Sequence record: OQ067374.1
DNA length: 64,000 nucleotides
From: Escherichia phage a20
Strand: one strand, 5' to 3'
Shown: in pieces, positions 27,209-35,493 of the stretch
How the letters are laid out: every line of letters begins with the position of its first letter
Position numbering within the stretch: the stretch's first letter is position 1
Program-made: the position numbers and the translations under genes
The notes under the pieces: generated by a model
Told to the model about the DNA's origin: nothing
Databases searched by the model: none
The model's input: the letters and a program-made list of their open reading frames with translations, nothing else

Positions 27209-27209
27209 T

Positions 27210-27869
27210 TTAACCTCGATTCATAAATGCATTAAATATTTGGTCATCAACAGAAATTTCTAATTCGACTTCAATTGCTTCGGCCTTTTCTTCAGGTGGT
27301 AATTCGTATCCACACACTACAATTTTTTCATCGATATCAAAATATACAGAAGCAATACGATTAATGTTATTTTCAGTTAAGTCTAAATCAACATCAACAT
27401 CTTTTTGACCTACACTTAAAGGATAACTAATACGGGTTATTTTATTATCTTTAACAAAGAGTCCACCAACATACTCTGTACTACGTTTGAAGTTTACACG
27501 TTTCCGAATTGAAAGATATGATGCATCTTTACCGTGAGCTCGGCTCATAGGACATAATGAATAGCTAGAATAAGAGATGTCAAATCCTACACCTTCAATA
27601 TGAGCCAACGTGTCATGATTAAACCAATTATAATCATATGCCAAATCCATTATATTGTAATATGTGAAAGGCACAGGATTAACATCATATGTTGTACCTT
27701 TAAAATCTGCCCAGGCAACGATTTCGTTATCTTTAACAATTACAAAAATTACACCGAGATGGTATCCGTTATTATTTTCATTCGGCGTTATATTATAACA
27801 TTGTGCATTAGGAAATTTACCATATTTAAATGGCGCATTTTTGTGCATATAATAAATCATATTATTCAC
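27210..27869 (-). CDS. hypothetical protein
   Basis: ORF track, 219 aa. Confidence 0.5.
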   Translation of the reverse strand: MNNMIYYMHKNAPFKYGKFPNAQCYNITPNENNNGYHLGVIFVIVKDNEIVAWADFKGTTYDVNPVPFTYYNIMDLAYDYNWFNHDTLAHIEGVGFDISYSSYSLCPMSRAHGKDASYLSIRKRVNFKRSTEYVGGLFVKDNKITRISYPLSVGQKDVDVDLDLTENNINRIASVYFDIDEKIVVCGYELPPEEKAEAIEVELEISVDDQIFNAFMNRG

Positions 27870-28155
27870 CTGTGATTTCGGTTACGATATCTTTGTTATC
27901 GAAATTAGGGTCACAATACAAAACATAGTTGTACTGCATGATACCGCCAGACTTAAGTTGTTCAACAACTTTATTAACCATATTAGGACGGTCTCGTTTA
28001 GTGATGTTCATGATATCAGAGAAGATTTGTTGTTCAACATCTTCTTGATTTGCAGTCATTGACCACTCACAGAGGTCTTTATCATAACCTGCCGTAACTG
28101 GAGCCGGTGCACATGATACTGCAAGTAAGATTGCTGCCAATGATAACTTTTTCAT
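27862..28155 (-). CDS. sp: periplasmic spackle protein (lysozyme inhibitor / superinfection exclusion)
   Basis: 97 aa; signal peptide MKKLSLAAILLAVSCAPAPVTAGYDKDLCEWSMTA...SGGIMQYNYVLYCD; recognised as T4 Sp (97 aa). Confidence 0.8.
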   Translation of the reverse strand: MKKLSLAAILLAVSCAPAPVTAGYDKDLCEWSMTANQEDVEQQIFSDIMNITKRDRPNMVNKVVEQLKSGGIMQYNYVLYCDPNFDNKDIVTEITGE

Positions 28156-28183
28156 TTTAACTCCTTAGTTGATTTGATAGGAC

Positions 28184-28214
28184 TACTATACTATAGTACA
28201 TCTATAATGTAAAC
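28184..28214 (-). promoter_or_regulatory. early promoter upstream of sp (-35 GTTTAC, -10 TATAGT)
   Basis: Plus text gactACTATActatagtacatctataatGTAAAC. Confidence 0.55.
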
Positions 28215-28218
28215 AAGT

Positions 28219-28467
28219 TTATTCTTTTTCGCGAATAATAATTACTTGTTGAGGCTGCTGAGCAGATTTCTTTTCGGCAACGATAGACCAAATTAAAGTT
28301 CCAATCCAACCAACCATCGTCCAGTTAAAGAGTAAAGATACAAAGAAGATTGCTGTTGTGCTTTTTGTGCCACGAATAAGTGCGATTACCCAAGGCAACA
28401 TGTAAATGATGATTGAACCAATACCTGCGATTAAAACTGCTACTGAACTAGCCACGAGTAATTCCAT
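28219..28467 (-). CDS. small inner-membrane protein (two TM segments)
   Basis: ORF track trimmed to MELLVASSVAVLIAGIGSIIIYMLPWVIALI... (82 aa) with SD AGAGGA. Confidence 0.5.
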   Translation of the reverse strand: MELLVASSVAVLIAGIGSIIIYMLPWVIALIRGTKSTTAIFFVSLLFNWTMVGWIGTLIWSIVAEKKSAQQPQQVIIIREKE

Positions 28468-28493
28468 GTTAATTTCCTCTTGATTTGTTATGT

Positions 28494-28526
28494 TTATAGT
28501 ATCTTGTTTTAACTTTGGTGTAACCA
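28494..28526 (-). promoter_or_regulatory. early promoter (-35 GTTACA, -10 TACTAT)
   Basis: Plus text tgtttATAGTAtcttgttttaactttggTGTAAC. Confidence 0.45.
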
Positions 28527-28527
28527 A

Positions 28528-28896
28528 TTAATTAAATTTGTTTAAACGTTCAATACACTGGACGTAGTTATTCGCGATTTGTTTCTGGGTAGGCTCTTTA
28601 CCAGTTGTTTCAACATAGCGAATGAATGCGATTTCAGTAGCCTGTAAGCAATGTTCTTTAACGCGTTGTTCTTTTGACAATGCTACAGTATCAGAGTCAC
28701 GATAACGTTGAGCATGGGCATCAGCTTGAATCATTCGATTACCTACAGTAACCGGGTCTTCCACTTCAACTTTAGGTTGGTCGTACTGTTTAACATTCGG
28801 ATTGTAAATCAGTTGGCCAACGTTATTAGGGATAAAGCCATGGGCACCACATCCTGTTAATCCAAATACCATTGCTAAAGCGATTAATTTTTTCAT
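28528..28896 (-). CDS. predicted lipoprotein
   Basis: 122 aa; MKKLIALAMVFGLTGCGAHG (signal peptide with lipobox LTGC). Confidence 0.6.
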   Translation of the reverse strand: MKKLIALAMVFGLTGCGAHGFIPNNVGQLIYNPNVKQYDQPKVEVEDPVTVGNRMIQADAHAQRYRDSDTVALSKEQRVKEHCLQATEIAFIRYVETTGKEPTQKQIANNYVQCIERLNKFN

Positions 28897-28922
28897 TTCA
28901 ATTTCCTCTGTAGTTGATAGAA

Positions 28923-28955
28923 AGATAGTAACACAGTATGTGGGGCTTGTAAACA
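28923..28955 (-). promoter_or_regulatory. early promoter upstream of lipoprotein gene
   Basis: Plus text aaagATAGTAacacagtatgtggggcttGTAAAC; approx coordinates. Confidence 0.5.
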
Positions 28956-28967
28956 GTTATTTTAAAA

Positions 28968-29156
28968 TTATCGAAAATCTGCTTCGAAAACTTTCTCGTC
29001 ATTAACAAATGCTTTAACTAATGCTTTGTTCACTTCAGCAAGTTGTACCGTAACCCACTCGATTTCTTCGCGATCACCTGATAACATCATATCTTTAGTG
29101 AACATCTCACCGCTTTTAAACCAACCGATAAAAGTAACTTTAGTTAATTTGCTCAT
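28968..29156 (-). CDS. dmd: Dmd-like antitoxin (discriminator of mRNA degradation; inhibits host RnlA/LsoA-type toxins)
   Basis: 62 aa from MSKLTKVTFIGWFKSGEMFTKDMM...AEVNKALVKAFVNDEKVFEADFR; recognised from T4 Dmd (60 aa); ATGA overlap with upstream gene. Confidence 0.65.
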   Translation of the reverse strand: MSKLTKVTFIGWFKSGEMFTKDMMLSGDREEIEWVTVQLAEVNKALVKAFVNDEKVFEADFR

Positions 29157-29470
29157 ATTTCCTCGCAAAATGCCCATTCAGCGTGATAAACTGTAGCGCC
29201 TTTAGTATCATTCATTTGAACTACATCTACCGGAGAAATTACTCGGTAGAGACGTGGTTCACCTCCATAAGAGCGTGCTGCTCGTCCTGCATAAATCTTT
29301 GCTAAACCGATATCTTCAGTAAAGAATACACGATCCAAGTTTTTCTTACGTCCAGTTTCAGACAGAACTCCTGTTTCTTCAGGAGGACAAAGCATGTTTT
29401 CGATGTTAGCTGAACTACTTGAACCGTGATAAAAAATCTTAAATTCTGCTTTACAATCGATGGTTTTCAT
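29153..29470 (-). CDS. hypothetical protein
   Basis: ORF track, 105 aa. Confidence 0.5.
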   Translation of the reverse strand: MKTIDCKAEFKIFYHGSSSSANIENMLCPPEETGVLSETGRKKNLDRVFFTEDIGLAKIYAGRAARSYGGEPRLYRVISPVDVVQMNDTKGATVYHAEWAFCEEI

Positions 29471-29494
29471 TTTGTTCTCCAGTAGTTGATAGGT

Positions 29495-29526
29495 CTATAA
29501 TAACACAACTACTGGAGAAGTAAACT
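29495..29526 (-). promoter_or_regulatory. early promoter (-35 GTTTAC, 17 nt, -10 TATTAT) within the loop of a 12-bp perfect inverted repeat that contains the downstream SD
   Basis: ctccagtagttg ataggtctATAATAaca caactactggag aaGTAAAC. Confidence 0.6.
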
Positions 29527-29900
29527 TAAAAACGTAATTTAGATATATCTGCGTTGATTTCGTTTTGGTTTGCGTCGTATGCAATTAAACGAACCGCTTT
29601 AGATGGGTCATTCAATGCATAGAAATGATGGAACATTGCTCGAACGATATCACCATTTACGAGTTCTACCTGGATAGGAGAACCTTTTTCGAGTTGGAAA
29701 TGTTCATAAGCTTTGATGGTTCGTAGATAATCAAGTTTTTGATTTCCGGCTCCAACTATTTGTACGATACGTTTGCCCATATTTTCCATACGAGATACAA
29801 TAGTTTTAGGAGCAAGAATAACGTAGGTTGCCAGTGGAGAAACTACTTCAACAGTTGTGTTTTCGGTGATTGCAGTAAAAATTGCTTGAGACATATTCAT
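29526..29900 (-). CDS. hypothetical protein
   Basis: ORF track, 124 aa. Confidence 0.5.
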   Translation of the reverse strand: MNMSQAIFTAITENTTVEVVSPLATYVILAPKTIVSRMENMGKRIVQIVGAGNQKLDYLRTIKAYEHFQLEKGSPIQVELVNGDIVRAMFHHFYALNDPSKAVRLIAYDANQNEINADISKLRF

Positions 29901-29959
29901 AATGTTTTCCTCTTGGTTGGTGTAAGTACATCATATCATGCCTAGAGGAAGATGTAAAC

Positions 29960-29990
29960 CCCGAAAGGAGACCGAAGTCTCCTTTTTATT
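29960..29990. terminator. stable hairpin immediately after gene 41 stop; U-tract is better on the plus-strand side, so orientation is ambiguous
   Basis: aggagac-cgaa-gtctcct followed by ttttt on plus strand. Confidence 0.5.
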
Positions 29991-31431
29991 AAAATTTTAA
30001 CTCATTGGCTAAGCTATCTAGGTCAGCACGTGTTGCTTTGGCTTTACCTACGCGTTCCGTACGATTCACCTCTGCCTGACGCATCTGAGCACCTGCGTTT
30101 TCATTTACTGTGTTAGGTGTGTTCATGCCTTCTTGCTCAATCTCAATCCATTTCTGGTTGCCTTTACGTACACCCATCAGGAATTTATTCCACTTATTCT
30201 TATCACCATATCGTGATTTGATTTGTTTGATAAGTTGTTGTTCAGCTTGTGCAAGTTCTTCGGTTTCAATTACGGCCAACATGAAATCTGCCGTTGCTGG
30301 TAAACCTGCTGATTCTGCAATATCGCTCATGTTCATATCCGAAGCATCCCATGCTGCACGTCCTACTTGAGCTGCAGTCCATAGAACTGTTTCAGATTCT
30401 ACTGCTAATGCACGAAGTTCTTCTGCGATAGCTTTAACTAATGTGTAGCTATTTTCAGTGTAAACTCTGATACGACAAGACCCACAAATACCTAAGTAAT
30501 CAACCATGATTACAGATGGCACAAAGTTCTTCTTAAGTTTTAACTCATTAAGCAATGCACGAAATGTATTAGCATTAGCTCCACCGGTAGGATACTGTTT
30601 AACTACTAAACGTCCTAATGTGGATTTTGAACGCCATTTTTCCATCTTGGCTTTATATTCAGCATAAGATACGTTACCATCATCGATATCATCAAGTGAT
30701 ACGTCAAGCATGTTTGCATCTATACGCTTAGCGCAAACTTCTTCAGCCATTTCCATGGAAATATAAAGAACATTATGACCTGTTTGAAGATAATCTGCAG
30801 CAAGTGAACAAAGGCCTAAAGATTTACCAACGTTAACACCGGCCATTAAAACATTCAGTGTACCGGTTTCAGCACCACCTTTAGTGATTTTATTCAGAAT
30901 GTTTAATTTGAACGGGACCTTACGTGCTTTATTTAGATAAGAAAGCCAGCGTGCTTCGTAGTCTTCCATCCAGTCATGTCCAACATAACTATCAAACGAA
31001 ATTGAAAGTGCTTGACGCATAATATCAGGAATAGCTCCTACATCAGGCATTTTCTTGTTACGTTGTTCTGGAGGTAGTTCAGCATTAGACTGAATCTCAA
31101 TGATTTTGGATGTAGCATTATACATCGCTTTTTGCTGGACATATTTCTCAGTTTCTTTAACCAACCATTCGTGGTCTTCAGGAGTATCAGCCAATTTTTC
31201 AATTAGGTCTGAAGTTCCTTTATATTCGGCTTCAGTTAAAGAACTGTTATCTAAAGCCACCTTTAATGCATTGATAGATGGCATTGCATTATATTCGTTA
31301 ACGTGGCTCTTTATAATTTTAAAGACATTTTTTGCCGGTCCACGCTCAAAATACTCAGAATCCATATAAGGCCAGACCTTAGAAAAATAAGCCTGGTCGT
31401 ATACTAGATGAGACAAAATAATTTCTACCAC
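29989..31431 (-). CDS. 41: replicative DNA helicase (DnaB-like, gp41); GTG start
   Basis: 480 aa; MVEIILSHLVYDQAYFSKVWPYMDSEYF...; Walker A GVNVGKS; T4 gp41 475 aa. Confidence 0.92.
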   Translation of the reverse strand: MVEIILSHLVYDQAYFSKVWPYMDSEYFERGPAKNVFKIIKSHVNEYNAMPSINALKVALDNSSLTEAEYKGTSDLIEKLADTPEDHEWLVKETEKYVQQKAMYNATSKIIEIQSNAELPPEQRNKKMPDVGAIPDIMRQALSISFDSYVGHDWMEDYEARWLSYLNKARKVPFKLNILNKITKGGAETGTLNVLMAGVNVGKSLGLCSLAADYLQTGHNVLYISMEMAEEVCAKRIDANMLDVSLDDIDDGNVSYAEYKAKMEKWRSKSTLGRLVVKQYPTGGANANTFRALLNELKLKKNFVPSVIMVDYLGICGSCRIRVYTENSYTLVKAIAEELRALAVESETVLWTAAQVGRAAWDASDMNMSDIAESAGLPATADFMLAVIETEELAQAEQQLIKQIKSRYGDKNKWNKFLMGVRKGNQKWIEIEQEGMNTPNTVNENAGAQMRQAEVNRTERVGKAKATRADLDSLANELKF

Positions 31432-31440
31432 GATAACTCC

Positions 31441-31803
31441 TTAAAAGAATTTAAATTTTTTCTTGGTTCGTTCATTAAAAGCTTGTTGTACTTGCATTGT
31501 AACACATTTTTCAACATGTGGTGCAAGTTCTGCTTTTCTGTCCTGGTCAAGAACTGCAAAGTCCATTACGATTTTACCATCAACCCAGTCTAGTTTTGTA
31601 ATATAGACTATATGATGGGAACCGTCTTCAAGTGTAATCAGAATCTCTTGAATGACATTTTCCATTGCTGAACGGATAATTTTAAGAGATTCATTAAACA
31701 CTCGTTCTTTGCGAATGTCTTCCCCTTCCGAAGAAGGGGATTCATCAACGATTTCTAGATTTAAATCATCGAGATTATTCATCGAAATCTTCCATTTCGT
31801 CAA
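31441..31803 (-). CDS. 40: gp40-position protein (head vertex assembly chaperone in T4)
   Basis: 120 aa; synteny between uvsX and 41; no motif verified. Confidence 0.55.
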   Translation of the reverse strand: MTKWKISMNNLDDLNLEIVDESPSSEGEDIRKERVFNESLKIIRSAMENVIQEILITLEDGSHHIVYITKLDWVDGKIVMDFAVLDQDRKAELAPHVEKCVTMQVQQAFNERTKKKFKFF

Positions 31804-32947
31804 GGTCGTTTTCTATATCTGCTGCAGACGGAGCATCAGAAGTTTTAACCGGAACTTTAGTTGTTGCTTTGCAATTAATAAGGTCATTAACAGCGTCATC
31901 AACTTCTTTAATAGAAGAGATAGCACCTAGTTTATATTTAGTTTCAATTGCATCTCGGAAAGGTTTGTGTTTAAACAAAGGTCCCCAGAATTCTACACAA
32001 TCAGTAGCTTTAGCACGCCATGATTTCTCTTCACGAATCATTTCACCTGTTTCTTCGTCAAGGAATTCGCGAGCATACCAACCGGCTTTAGGCTTAACTA
32101 CAAAACCAATTTCAGTTGCCATTTCTAACAAGCCACTGAATGGGTCAATACCGCCATCAAAATTAACCGTGATCGGGAAAGTAGATTTCTCTTTAACTGT
32201 GCGAGATTTTTCTGCTTTCAACGTGAAGTCATAACCGGTCAATTCTGTACCTTCTTTAACCTGACGTTTAGAGATAAAAAATACCGTGTTGGCAGAATAA
32301 AGAATACCTGTACCACCGCCCATAATCTCTTTAGGATACAATCCGCCAATTTCCATTGCTGTATGGTTAATTGCAACACACGGAATATCTTTAATAGTCA
32401 GATACGGGGTCACAATGCGGAACAGAGATTTAAGTGCCTTAGCACGAGACATATCACCTACAACTTTCTCGTTCAATGCATCTTCGGTTTCTTTCTTAGA
32501 TGCAGTATTACCAATCGAGTCAATAAAGATAATAACTTTATCACCGCGTTCAATAGCGTCAAGCTGATTAGTCATATCGACTTTAAGTTGTTCGACAGAT
32601 TGAATCGGAGTATGAACTACACGGTCTAAATCAACACCCATTGAACGAAAATAAGATTCTGAAGCACCGAATTCTGAGTCATAAAACAAACAGATTGCAT
32701 CTTTATATTTCTTCATATACGCTGCAACCATAGTCAGCCCAAACAACGTTTTAAAGTGTTTAGAAGGAGCAGCAAAAATAGTTAAGCCTGATTGCAACCC
32801 TGCATTCAGTGCACCACCTAATGCAATATTCAACATCGGAATACGAGTAGGGACTTCATCACGATTATTAAACAGCTTAGACTTAGTCAAGTCTGCAGTC
32901 ATTTTAGAAGTAGAAGCTTTAATCAGACGAGATTTTAAATCAGACAT
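31775..32947 (-). CDS. uvsX: UvsX recombinase (RecA/Rad51 family)
   Basis: 390 aa; ...GLTIFAAPSKHFKT (Walker A-like) ...; T4 UvsX 391 aa. Confidence 0.92.
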   Translation of the reverse strand: MSDLKSRLIKASTSKMTADLTKSKLFNNRDEVPTRIPMLNIALGGALNAGLQSGLTIFAAPSKHFKTLFGLTMVAAYMKKYKDAICLFYDSEFGASESYFRSMGVDLDRVVHTPIQSVEQLKVDMTNQLDAIERGDKVIIFIDSIGNTASKKETEDALNEKVVGDMSRAKALKSLFRIVTPYLTIKDIPCVAINHTAMEIGGLYPKEIMGGGTGILYSANTVFFISKRQVKEGTELTGYDFTLKAEKSRTVKEKSTFPITVNFDGGIDPFSGLLEMATEIGFVVKPKAGWYAREFLDEETGEMIREEKSWRAKATDCVEFWGPLFKHKPFRDAIETKYKLGAISSIKEVDDAVNDLINCKATTKVPVKTSDAPSAADIENDLDEMEDFDE

Positions 32948-32998
32948 TGTATTTTTCCATAGGCATCATTATATTTTACTCATGTTTAAAAGATAAGA

Positions 32999-33030
32999 TG
33001 ATTATATACTAAGGGTTATACAGCATTTAA
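32999..33030 (-). promoter_or_regulatory. MotA-dependent middle promoter candidate for uvsX (MotA box TGCTGTA, 12-nt spacer, -10 TATAAT)
   Basis: Plus text ATTATAtactaagggttaTACAGCAttt; uvsX is a middle gene in T4. Confidence 0.5.
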
Positions 33031-33045
33031 AACTTTAAATGGCTC

Positions 33046-33594
33046 TTAACGAGCCCATTTGATGATTTCTGTAATCAAAACATTACGTTCGCTTGCATTA
33101 AATCCTATAACTTTGTTAGCACCATCATGATTAAGTAATTGATACGTTTGGATTTTGTTATGAATTGCAAACTCTTCAAAATGTGAAATGACTGTATTAA
33201 AACCGAATGAAGACAAAGTAATAAGGTCGTCTTCAAAACTTTCAGTCATTTCGTTACGTGTTAAAATAATTGTGAACACATCATGGTTTTGGCAAAGACG
33301 AACATAATCCTGTTCATAAACGTCAAGAACCGAGTCCGCATCTTGTCGAATACGTCCATAAACCCAGTTACTAATATATCCACGGTCTAACAGATAAATC
33401 TTAGTAGGGTCTAAATAATTCAACATCGTTTCGAAACAGCCAACTTCATTTCGAGACTTAACATCGAAACGTCCATCAACTGTTCGTTTAGGGAAATCAA
33501 TCTTTACATATCTTTCACTAATTTCCATTATGTCATTAATGAAAGTTGTTTTACCAGCATTATCCGGGCCATCTACTAAAATAATTTTAGCCAT
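33046..33594 (-). CDS. P-loop nucleotide/nucleoside monophosphate kinase-like protein (thymidylate-kinase-like)
   Basis: 182 aa; Walker A LVDGPDNAGKTT and LLDRGYIS (DR-Y motif) as in dNMP/thymidylate kinases. Confidence 0.55.
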   Translation of the reverse strand: MAKIILVDGPDNAGKTTFINDIMEISERYVKIDFPKRTVDGRFDVKSRNEVGCFETMLNYLDPTKIYLLDRGYISNWVYGRIRQDADSVLDVYEQDYVRLCQNHDVFTIILTRNEMTESFEDDLITLSSFGFNTVISHFEEFAIHNKIQTYQLLNHDGANKVIGFNASERNVLITEIIKWAR

Positions 33595-33595
33595 T

Positions 33596-34495
33596 TTATT
33601 CCTCGATTACGACATCTTCATATTTAGGTATATTATACGGTGAAGAAATTAAAGCATTAAAGTAGATGAACTCACCAAGACCTGGATGAAATACTTCTTC
33701 AGGATTTTCGAAATATTGAATCTTCGGACGTCCTTTAAGAATTTGATAGTATTCAGTTTTAGTTGGTTTAAAAATTCGAATCAACGCTTCTTCAGGATAC
33801 TTATTTCTGTCGAAGCTATTATTTGGATCGGTTATATAAAGCGGTTGGCCTAATTGAATTGCACATTCAACCACTTGTTCAAAACGATAGCATGGGTCAC
33901 TAATTCGAAATGGATGAAAAATACCATCTAGATGAATAGGAGCCAAATCACCTACAAGACGCTGCATGATGGAAGGACGTATAACTTTCTGCGTTACGAT
34001 AATCTTATTACCATCTGCACCTGCGTTAACCAGCACTTCTTTTTGACGTTCATTCAACACAGTAGTTTGAAGTGAACGATTAACCGACAACATATCGGTT
34101 TTTAAGAATTCGTCAATATAAAAACGTGGTTTATTAGGGTCTGCAGTGATATTGAAATTGAATTCTACATCAAAAGCGCCGTCATATCCGGTGATATCTG
34201 TGATTAGAAAATCACAATCATAATAAGCAATTAATGAATCAACCACAAATTCATTTTCAGTCCAGAAATATTTACGAGTGTTATACGCGTTATCTTTATA
34301 CCATAATGGAACAAACTTAAATTCTGGGAAAAGACGTTCACATTCTTTAATATCAGATGCATTACGTGGATATGTAATCACATCACCTGGATTAGCACGG
34401 TGCAAATGAAGTTGGAAGTTGCCATCCTTAAGGATAGCATACTGCCCAGTTTCATAAGACCGCATACTCAAAATAGGTACGCGGAAAATAGCCAT
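33596..34495 (-). CDS. protein of unassigned family occupying the T4 beta-glucosyltransferase position (candidate DNA-modifying transferase)
   Basis: 299 aa; no motif recognised; adjacent to the hydroxymethylase; T4 has bgt between uvsX and 42. Confidence 0.5.
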   Translation of the reverse strand: MAIFRVPILSMRSYETGQYAILKDGNFQLHLHRANPGDVITYPRNASDIKECERLFPEFKFVPLWYKDNAYNTRKYFWTENEFVVDSLIAYYDCDFLITDITGYDGAFDVEFNFNITADPNKPRFYIDEFLKTDMLSVNRSLQTTVLNERQKEVLVNAGADGNKIIVTQKVIRPSIMQRLVGDLAPIHLDGIFHPFRISDPCYRFEQVVECAIQLGQPLYITDPNNSFDRNKYPEEALIRIFKPTKTEYYQILKGRPKIQYFENPEEVFHPGLGEFIYFNALISSPYNIPKYEDVVIEE

Positions 34496-35211
34496 TAGTC
34501 AAGGAATCCTTTAACATAATCAAAATCACGTTCAAACACATGGGCACTTACCATGGTATGAGTATAATCACCAACTTCTACACCACATTCGTTAGCGATA
34601 TAATGAAGTAATTTTCCTTGGAGATAAAAATCCAACTGCATAACAACAGCACAGTTCTGAGAACGCATATGACAGTGGGTATAAAGCTTACCATCACGAA
34701 TATAATAAGTCACTGAGTCAGTACATGGATATTCAAGAGTTTCGTCCGAATCAAGCAAAGCCTGATCAGAACTTTCTAGAATTTGGAACACAACTCTTCG
34801 AGAGTTAGGCTTCTCTTTAAGTTCTTTTAGAAGAGCTGGTAATTGGGCCGCAATGCGAGGACCATAGAAAGTGTTGAAGTTCGCCGGCAAAACATCTGAT
34901 TTTGGTTTAGAAATAAATTTAGCGACATTAGGATATGCCTTAAACGCTTCTTCTGCGTTGGTACCACCAGAAATCATAAACTTCCAGAAGTCTTCGGCAT
35001 ATTCATAAGAGATGCGGTTAATACGTGGGTCAGTCATTTTGAATGATGATGGAGTGTCAACAACTACTGTCATAGACCCAATTTCATTACAACGTCCAAT
35101 ACGAGAATCAGTTACGAATTCCGGGTTTTCTAAAATTTCACGATTGACTGCTTTAAATGCGGTTTGAAAATCTGCGGCTTTGATATATTTCATTGTGTTA
35201 TGTTTTCCCAT
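34495..35211 (-). CDS. 42: thymidylate-synthase-superfamily pyrimidine hydroxymethylase (gp42-like, divergent)
   Basis: 238 aa; ...KPNSRRVVFQI...EYPCTDSVTYYIRDGKLYTHCHMRSQN... (catalytic Cys context and R-S-x-N/D region of TS/dCMP-HMase fold); position of T4 gene 42. Confidence 0.7.
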   Translation of the reverse strand: MGKHNTMKYIKAADFQTAFKAVNREILENPEFVTDSRIGRCNEIGSMTVVVDTPSSFKMTDPRINRISYEYAEDFWKFMISGGTNAEEAFKAYPNVAKFISKPKSDVLPANFNTFYGPRIAAQLPALLKELKEKPNSRRVVFQILESSDQALLDSDETLEYPCTDSVTYYIRDGKLYTHCHMRSQNCAVVMQLDFYLQGKLLHYIANECGVEVGDYTHTMVSAHVFERDFDYVKGFLD

Positions 35212-35253
35212 GTTTACCTCAATACAATTTATTATATACTCAATTCATAAAGC

Positions 35254-35493
35254 TTATTTGAATTTCTTAGCGATGTTGATATAACGTAAAGCTTCAGCAT
35301 CGATACTTCCAAGAACACTATGAAGAAATGCATCAGCGTAGTATTCCAATTGAACAGGTTCTTTAATCACTTTAGCCGCTTTGGTTCCAAACAGGCCCAT
35401 AAGGGCCTTTTTAAGAATTTGTTCATTAGTGTTCAGTTTCATAGTCAAAATCTCTTCATTAAGTTGGTGGTTAAAAGTTTTTCTAGAAATCAT
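35254..35493 (-). CDS. hypothetical small protein
   Basis: ORF track, 79 aa. Confidence 0.45.
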   Translation of the reverse strand: MISRKTFNHQLNEEILTMKLNTNEQILKKALMGLFGTKAAKVIKEPVQLEYYADAFLHSVLGSIDAEALRYINIAKKFK

